A DNA stretch of 63,704 nucleotides, filler included, from Sphacelaria rigidula (taxonomy: Eukaryota): NCBI GenBank assembly GCA_964200075.2. It is 9 parts of 9 records of this genome, joined end to end, with 100 filler letters (N's around TTAATTAATTAA, not from the genome) between each part and the next. Parts side by side here need not be neighbours in the genome. Positions count along the whole stretch, not along the records: positions 56,717 to 63,704 come from CAXNAA020017066.1; 8 more parts are not named here. One strand, written 5' to 3'. Shown here piece by piece: positions 57,555 to 63,704 of the stretch. A model generated the notes under the pieces. It saw only the letters and a program-made list of their open reading frames with translations. It had not been told where the DNA came from and searched no databases. Within the stretch, counting starts at the first letter, position 1. Each line of letters opens with the position of its first letter. The position numbers were made by a program, and so were the translations under genes.

Positions 57555-60500
57555 CTGTTTCTCGAAGAGAGCCACCAGAGCGGCATCCCTAGTGATCCAT
57601 AGCAAGTGGATGCTTTTTTTTTCACAGAACCTGTAGGTCGCGGGACGCAGGGCAACAGAGCATCCCGACACACCATGCTCAGTGCAGGAAGTGACGACAG
57701 GTCGTTCGACGAGTGTACACTAATACCCAGAAGCATAACTCGATGGTGGGGAGTACGGTACTGACGCGTGGTGCGCACAAGCGCATGTACGATAGCCAGC
57801 ATACATACCACACCCCTAGCAGCAACGAAGTCTACCTTCAAATACAAGACTATCCCGTACAAGCGCACCAGCGCACAGCTTCAGGGTAGGCTGTGTGTAC
57901 ATATAAGGTATTTTTCGTTTCAAATGTAGCGTGACGTTCGCTCATCGGATAGAGGACCACCGATTCGACTTACAGAACATGACTACCGGTCCATCAGTTT
58001 CCTCTCTGATATCAACAAAGTGTGTTGGGCAACGAGTACCTGCTATGAAGAGCAGCCCTCCTCCCTACGCTGAGGAGTGATGCTATGGTCGGGGTGCACG
58101 AACATTTTCTGAGGTTAGAATTATTGGGTGCCCTCTATTTCATCCAAAACGCGACTCATGATATATATATATATGTGTGTGTGAGAACGCCAGAATTACT
58201 ACTCCAATGTGCTAGGGATATCCCGTATGAACTTGCAAACGGGAATGTCCTGACCCATATTCTTGTGCATCTAGAGCAGTTAGAAGCCCCTGAACCAGAC
58301 AGGATTTTGCGCAAAAAGTGCATCCCTATCGTAGCATTGCTCTGAGATGGGGTAGAACACAGTTTTCGTGTGCATACCTCTGAGCAATGGAGATTCCCGG
58401 AGTAATTCCGGCTCCGGTACAAATCAGCACCACTGAACGGCAAACACGAGGCACCAGGCGGGAAAAAGCCATCAATAAATGGGGGCGCCATTTCGCAATT
58501 CGCTGTATGAAGACAAACGCGATGATATCGAGCGTAAAACTCACCCATTTGTGTATAGTAACGTTTGAGGGAGTCCAGGTTAAGCTCGCTGTGCGAGGTA
58601 GTCCTCACCCGTCCCTACTAACTGTTCCGAAAATACCACAATAATTGATTCCATCGTCTTACAACTGCAATGAAGGGCATCGATTGTCGTGATCTTGCAC
58701 GTCTACCCTGTCTGTATTCGGGAATATATTGTGTGCATTTTACGATAAGCTTGGACACTGCACAAGCAACACCATTCAAAAATAAGGGAGTGAAAGTAGC
58801 TGACGCATCATTCACACTCACCTTTGTTGTAATATATAGTTTTCTCCATGGTGCTGGGCTGTGCCGCGCTGATCCATAGAGGCAGGCGATGCTGCTCAAG
58901 CCCCATGCGAAATAGGGCTCGAGTCCAGTCGCCGACCTTGAGGTGGAGAATTGGGTAGGGCATAAGGTACCAAGAGGTAGCGCGACGGTGTAACTTCATT
59001 TGTGCACCGAAATTTTCGGTTCACTTGTCAACGCGCGGACAATACTCCACCTCTTTTGATCAGGTTTCGTGTGCAGTTCGAGAAGTGCTGTTGTCTAGCG
59101 CTTTGATGGTGAGGATTTATCTGCAGTAACATGCTGGTATGACGCTCGTTCAATGGAACGCAGATTTAGCATCTTGGCAACGAATTGTGTTGGCGCTGTG
59201 GAAACAGAACAAAATATTTTCATGTACAAAGATCTCACCACTTCGGCGTAGAAGGCAGCTGTATGCCCGCTGAGGACGGGAATGATGGAGAACGGGTGCC
59301 ACTCTCCACAGCTGATAGCTGGGCAGTTGACGTAGATGTACGAACCCGCTTTGAACTCGTAACCCCTGACAAATGTGCGAGTAATATTTGCTGTTGAGTA
59401 CTCACTACAAGGTTGGGTAGACGATCAAAACGAATTGCCTAGTGTGAGTGGCGCACGGGTCGCATACACCACCGTTCACTTCCAGCGGAATACATCAGGG
59501 GCAGCCTCCGAAACAGAAGCACAAAAGCCGAAAAAATGATTGCTGCACGTGTTCATTTTGTTTTACTCTGGGAGCACACCAACACAGCCAAGTGACCGCC
59601 ATGACGGGATCGTTTGGTTTATGCAATAGTCGACACACCTGAGTCATCGCCCAACTGTTTCAGGGGCTGGATGTTTGCTGTGCGGAAACCACAGGCGGCA
59701 ACACCATCTCATGTCTGCCTCGACACGAATAATGTTCAAATAACATAATGGCCTGAAATAATTTTGGGCGGAAACCGGTCAAGGTGTGGGTTCTCCAATC
59801 TCCGAGGAATTCACGCGTCTTCGACTTACCGCTGTAGGTTCGAGAGTTTGGACTCCTCTGCCTTCATTTCCTCTAATATGTCCCGTTCTCTCTTCCCGGG
59901 AGCTATATAGGGGGGCGCCTACCTGCCTGAAACGAAAATCTCGATTGGATTGTAAGAAGACATCAAGTTCAGGTTCGGTTTCATACATGATCAAGATGGG
60001 GGTGTTCGGCTGAATTCGGCTTCGTCCTCATGACCGAGTACCCAGCCCTGTGCAAAATCAAGAGGCGGGATCACTCGCTCGTAGACACCAACGTCAACTA
60101 CGAGGCGAACCAGGGCTGAGCGCTTGACTTTCATGTTGCTCATGTACCTTGTCGGGTATGAGCATCTCCCCAGCTGACCCTAGACCACCAGGGGCTTGAA
60201 ATCGGTGTACCTCTCTTCCTTCATATGCACATGCTCAAACAAAGCTTTCTGAAGCCCTCAGAATGGTCGGCGGACGCTTGTCGTTTGTGAGTTCAAATAT
60301 CAGGCCAAAATTCGGTGTTACACACTTCTCGGTCGTTCTCGACAGGACTAGAGGTTGTGGGAATGAAATGCATGCGGCGCAGCAATGAGGAGGGAGGACG
60401 CATGGAGTACCCTCGTTTCTGTATTTCTGTTTCAAAGAAGTCGTACTCACTGTGGAAGATCCAGGCCGACCATGGTACCCCGACCGACGGCCTCGAAGGT

Positions 60501-63452
60501 TGGATGCTGGATCAGGAAGGTTCTAACGTTAGCATCGAGAAGCATAACAGCAGACAAGCGGGGGGGAGCACAGCAGGGAATCAGAGTATTAGTGCACACC
60601 AATTTTGATTGTGAAAACTGAGTATTCGACACCACTTCGGCGTCTACAGTACAGAAAAGACAACTCGAGCTACCCAACTATCACACCCTGATCAATACTT
60701 TATATGGTCACTAGATGCAATAGACAAACATGTATATGTATGTCTATTGCATCTATTGACCGTATATTTGACAGTAGATGCAATAAGCCTATACTTATTA
60801 ACCCAGTACATTTTTGGTCTATCGCACGTATTGATAAAATTTCGTCCAGGGTGTGCAAAAAACGGTAGAAGTGGACAAATACATCTTAGGACTGAGACGA
60901 TTACTAGGTATAAGAAGGACAAGCGCTTAAACATTATTTCTGTCCCTTCTTCAGGGTGTATTGAGTTTCTGCACTCCACGCGCCTCATCTTCTTTCGTGA
61001 ATGCCGCATCTGGACAAGAGACTCACTGCTTTGTCGTAAAGTAGATCCTGTCGACAGTATACCACACGATCAGGATCGCGCCGACATAGCGAAAAACATA
61101 GCTGTGGAAGCACAGCCCCACGAGCATCGGCAAAAACAGCATGTGCGTCGCCTTTCGCGTCTCGAAATCCATCTGTTCACATACGGCAGTCCGGTGTCCC
61201 CGACGGTTGACGGCGGGTGCAAAGAAACGACGTACACGGAGGGATTTTGTTCGTCGAGAACTCCACGGAGAGGACAACGCAGAATAAGAGTGTGCAGCTT
61301 CACTGGTTGGTGTTGGACATTCGTCATCTCCCGGTTTGACGCTGGTGCAACGGCTCACCCGTGGCAAACGTGAAAATCAAGTCTTCTCCTCGGTGAGAGC
61401 AGGCACTCGCGGTAGCCTCTCTTCGACCAGAGTACACGGTTAGGACGAATCATCACGACTCAAAATCACCAAAATCACGATTTCTTCGGCTTGATTGCCC
61501 AAAAGGAAGAAAACAGTTGATCGCTGGTCCAAGGGGTATGTATCCACGCAACTTTTGCGCTATTCCACGTGTCTGGGCTGCGTGTACCTGGGTTGCAACG
61601 CTGAAATGAAGCCTAGGGATTNNNNNNNNNNATTCGTCACGAGTCGACTCATCATACTAAAACCAAGTAATTTTCAGACGAATAATTATTTGTCTGATCC
61701 TTGCAATAGTAATTCCATGTGGAGTTGCGGCCATGGTGCCTGACCCGACCTGGTTTCGAACCAAACAGTATATCCGCAGTGCCACCAAATGTTCAAGAGT
61801 TCGCCGGGCGCCGTAGAAAGCAGGACCGCCCGCCTGCACCGCGGCCAATCACTTTTGTACTGTATTCGACTCACCTTATCCTTGAACCACTTGAATCTCA
61901 TGGGCAGTACGACAGGGAACAGGAAAAGCATGCAGATCACCCCGGAGCGACCGGCGTCGGTCTTGTACAGGAGATCAGCGTCGCCGCCGATGGAGAAACG
62001 AATGATATGAAGAATACCATGCCCCACCCCGGCGATGAGCATCATGTAGCCAAAATCTGTGAATACCGACATTGCAAAATGGCATACAATGCACCATGCA
62101 TATCGTCAGTGCGCCGTTCACGCGCGTATCGACGTGACCGAGGCCATCAGGCAGGTCACAATATTTCGTAGCACCGTTCGAGTGCCCCCCGCCCCCCGCC
62201 CCCCGCCAAAAAAACAGGAGGATTTAAATCCATTATAACGGCAAATATGCTTTCGGCATTTCGTACATTTCAACTGTCTTAAAATATCTTCAATGTGGAC
62301 ATGTTAGTGTGCGGTGTTCTGCCCAGATTGGAACGCGAAAGCATTTCAACAAAGAGTGTCATTTCACCGTTACAGCAAAAGGTATCCTGAGTGTTTCTTG
62401 CTCTTCACCGGTTGGTGTACTACTCATTGTTTGGGGGGACCAAGCTAATCATCCAAACCTATTAGAGTAGAAAAGCGCGTACGTACATGTGTGCACGTCG
62501 TGAGAAGGCTCGATATCGACGACGGCGCCAAACCACGAGTGATGCACGAAGGCTTTCGTGGAGTAGCACTTGGACAGGACGGTAATAGTCAACGCAGCAT
62601 ACAGAAGTCCCGCAGCGGTTCTTGACATCGTCAACAATAGTTGCTCAGGCCACGTTGTTGCGCAAATGATCCTGTACCGACGGTGAGCGTTGCACGATGC
62701 AGCGCTTAGTGAGGGAAGGAAGTGGGCGAAGGGTGCACTTTTGGTCATGCATGCCGTGCCCATATGACCATTGACCTTCCCACTCTCAAACTTGGGTCTA
62801 CCTTTCTTACGGTGCACTCGATACCATTCCTCACACTTTTCATTTTTTACAATCACACAGTAACGGCCCGTTCTCGCTCTCGTGTTCTTCACCGTCTCCC
62901 CGCCAACCCTCCCGCCAACGCCAGCGCCGAACCTTTTATGCTTCTCGAACAATCTTTTTACACAACAAAACACGAGGGCTTGGCTGTTTATAACACGTCA
63001 GCCGTGACGTGCCAAAAAACGGGCCGCTGCCGGCCGAAGGCCGGCAAAGGGACATATATAATATATATATATATTTATATATATATATCAGAGTATATAA
63101 AAATATTTCAGAGTAAATGTGAGGGAGGCCGGTTGATTGATTTGATTGATTGATTGATTGATTGTGGCACTTTAACTGGTCCCCCGGGGTCCAGCCGTGG
63201 TCTCATGATAAAACGTACCCAAGAAAAACGAAAAACTGAAACACGCTAGATTGGACACATGGATCCTTGAAGTACAACATTGTGAGAGCATAGAAGGAGG
63301 GTACGCCGTCGGTTGTCTGAAAAAATCGCATCAGTGGTGACTACACACATCACACCTTACTCGTGGCTCGAGAATCGTCAGGGGGTCCGCAGCATTGATT
63401 CCCGTAAGAGTGCTCAACACCCATGTGGACATGCCAACGAGGGCTCCGTCCA
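57555..63452 (-). CDS. NADPH oxidase (NOX/RBOH-like) / ferric reductase family flavocytochrome, 10 internal exons: 63452-63361, 63265-63219, 62671-62487, 62056-61875, 61172-61027, 60522-60451, 59365-59239, 58936-58822, 58432-58378, 57630-57555
   Basis: All introns are GT-AG with consistent phases (1097 nt, no stops). Heme His pairs HTYFGYMMLIAGVGH (H-x13-H) and HMLFLPMLVGLCFH (H-x12-H). FAD motifs FKAGSYIYVNCPAISCGEWHPFSI and VGDWTRAL. NAD(P)H motifs VVLICTGAGITP and IHLLWITRD. Start and stop were not found in the contig. Confidence 0.93.
61435..61703. mobile_element. hAT-like MITE (same family as 5521-5800) in a NOX intron
   Basis: Reverse-complement homology to 5521-5800. Flanks CCAGAGTA and CAATAGTA (6/8 identical). 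Confidence 0.75.
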
Positions 63453-63704
63453 CTAAAATCAAAACTCTTTGCGGAAACAGACTTTGAGAACTTATCTCAG
63501 CATTTTTGAAATCAATTTGCGCGAATCGGTCATGGTCGAAGGGTTATGATACCATAGCAGCTGTGCTGTCACAACACTTCCTCTGGGCACCGTGTCCATA
63601 AAGAGGGGGGGGGGGGGGGGGGGGGGGATTATTTACAACATTTTTCGACCAACAAAAGAGTATGGCTAGAATAATGCAGCCTCTGGACAAAAAAACGGCT
63701 GAAA

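Noticed and set aside
58156-58999. Apparent KDZ-like transposase motifs (LLYTNG, FIDGFF) on the minus strand
   Set aside because: The region is fully explained by NOX exons in other frames plus introns. The motifs are chance readings.

Overview
Eukaryotic, repeat-rich genomic DNA, most likely from a brown alga (Phaeophyceae). The evidence is an EsV-1-7 repeat protein, intron-rich GT-AG genes and CCCTAA telomere-type repeats. The window is not one locus. It is nine contigs of almost equal, decreasing length (6990, 6990, 6990, 6990, 6989, 6989, 6989, 6989, 6988 bp) joined by artificial 100-nt linkers (N44-TTAATTAATTAA-N44), so adjacency across linkers means nothing. Genes rebuilt by hand from phase-compatible exons: (1) a 10-exon NADPH oxidase/ferric reductase-family gene with a non-canonical NADPH-binding segment (57555-63452, -); (2) a coiled-coil + C1 + C2 domain gene (36365-40408, -); (3) an EsV-1-7 cysteine-rich repeat protein (16880-18490, -); (4) exon 1 of a membrane-anchored YHS-domain protein (47661-48182, -); (5) one ALDH12/P5CDH exon; (6) two probable MFS transporter exons; (7) exons of an unknown gene. 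Mobile DNA includes a decayed Ty3/Gypsy element, a decayed Ty1/Copia element, LINE 3' fragments, and many MITE or foldback families (hAT-, Sola-, Tc1/mariner- and PIF-like), several of them nested. The most unusual non-coding structures are a TG..CA MITE carrying telomeric repeats and inserted in frame in the Gypsy ORF, and a 42-43-bp periodic array of palindromic motifs with unique spacers upstream of the EsV-1-7 gene. All family assignments come from motif recognition by eye; no searches were run.
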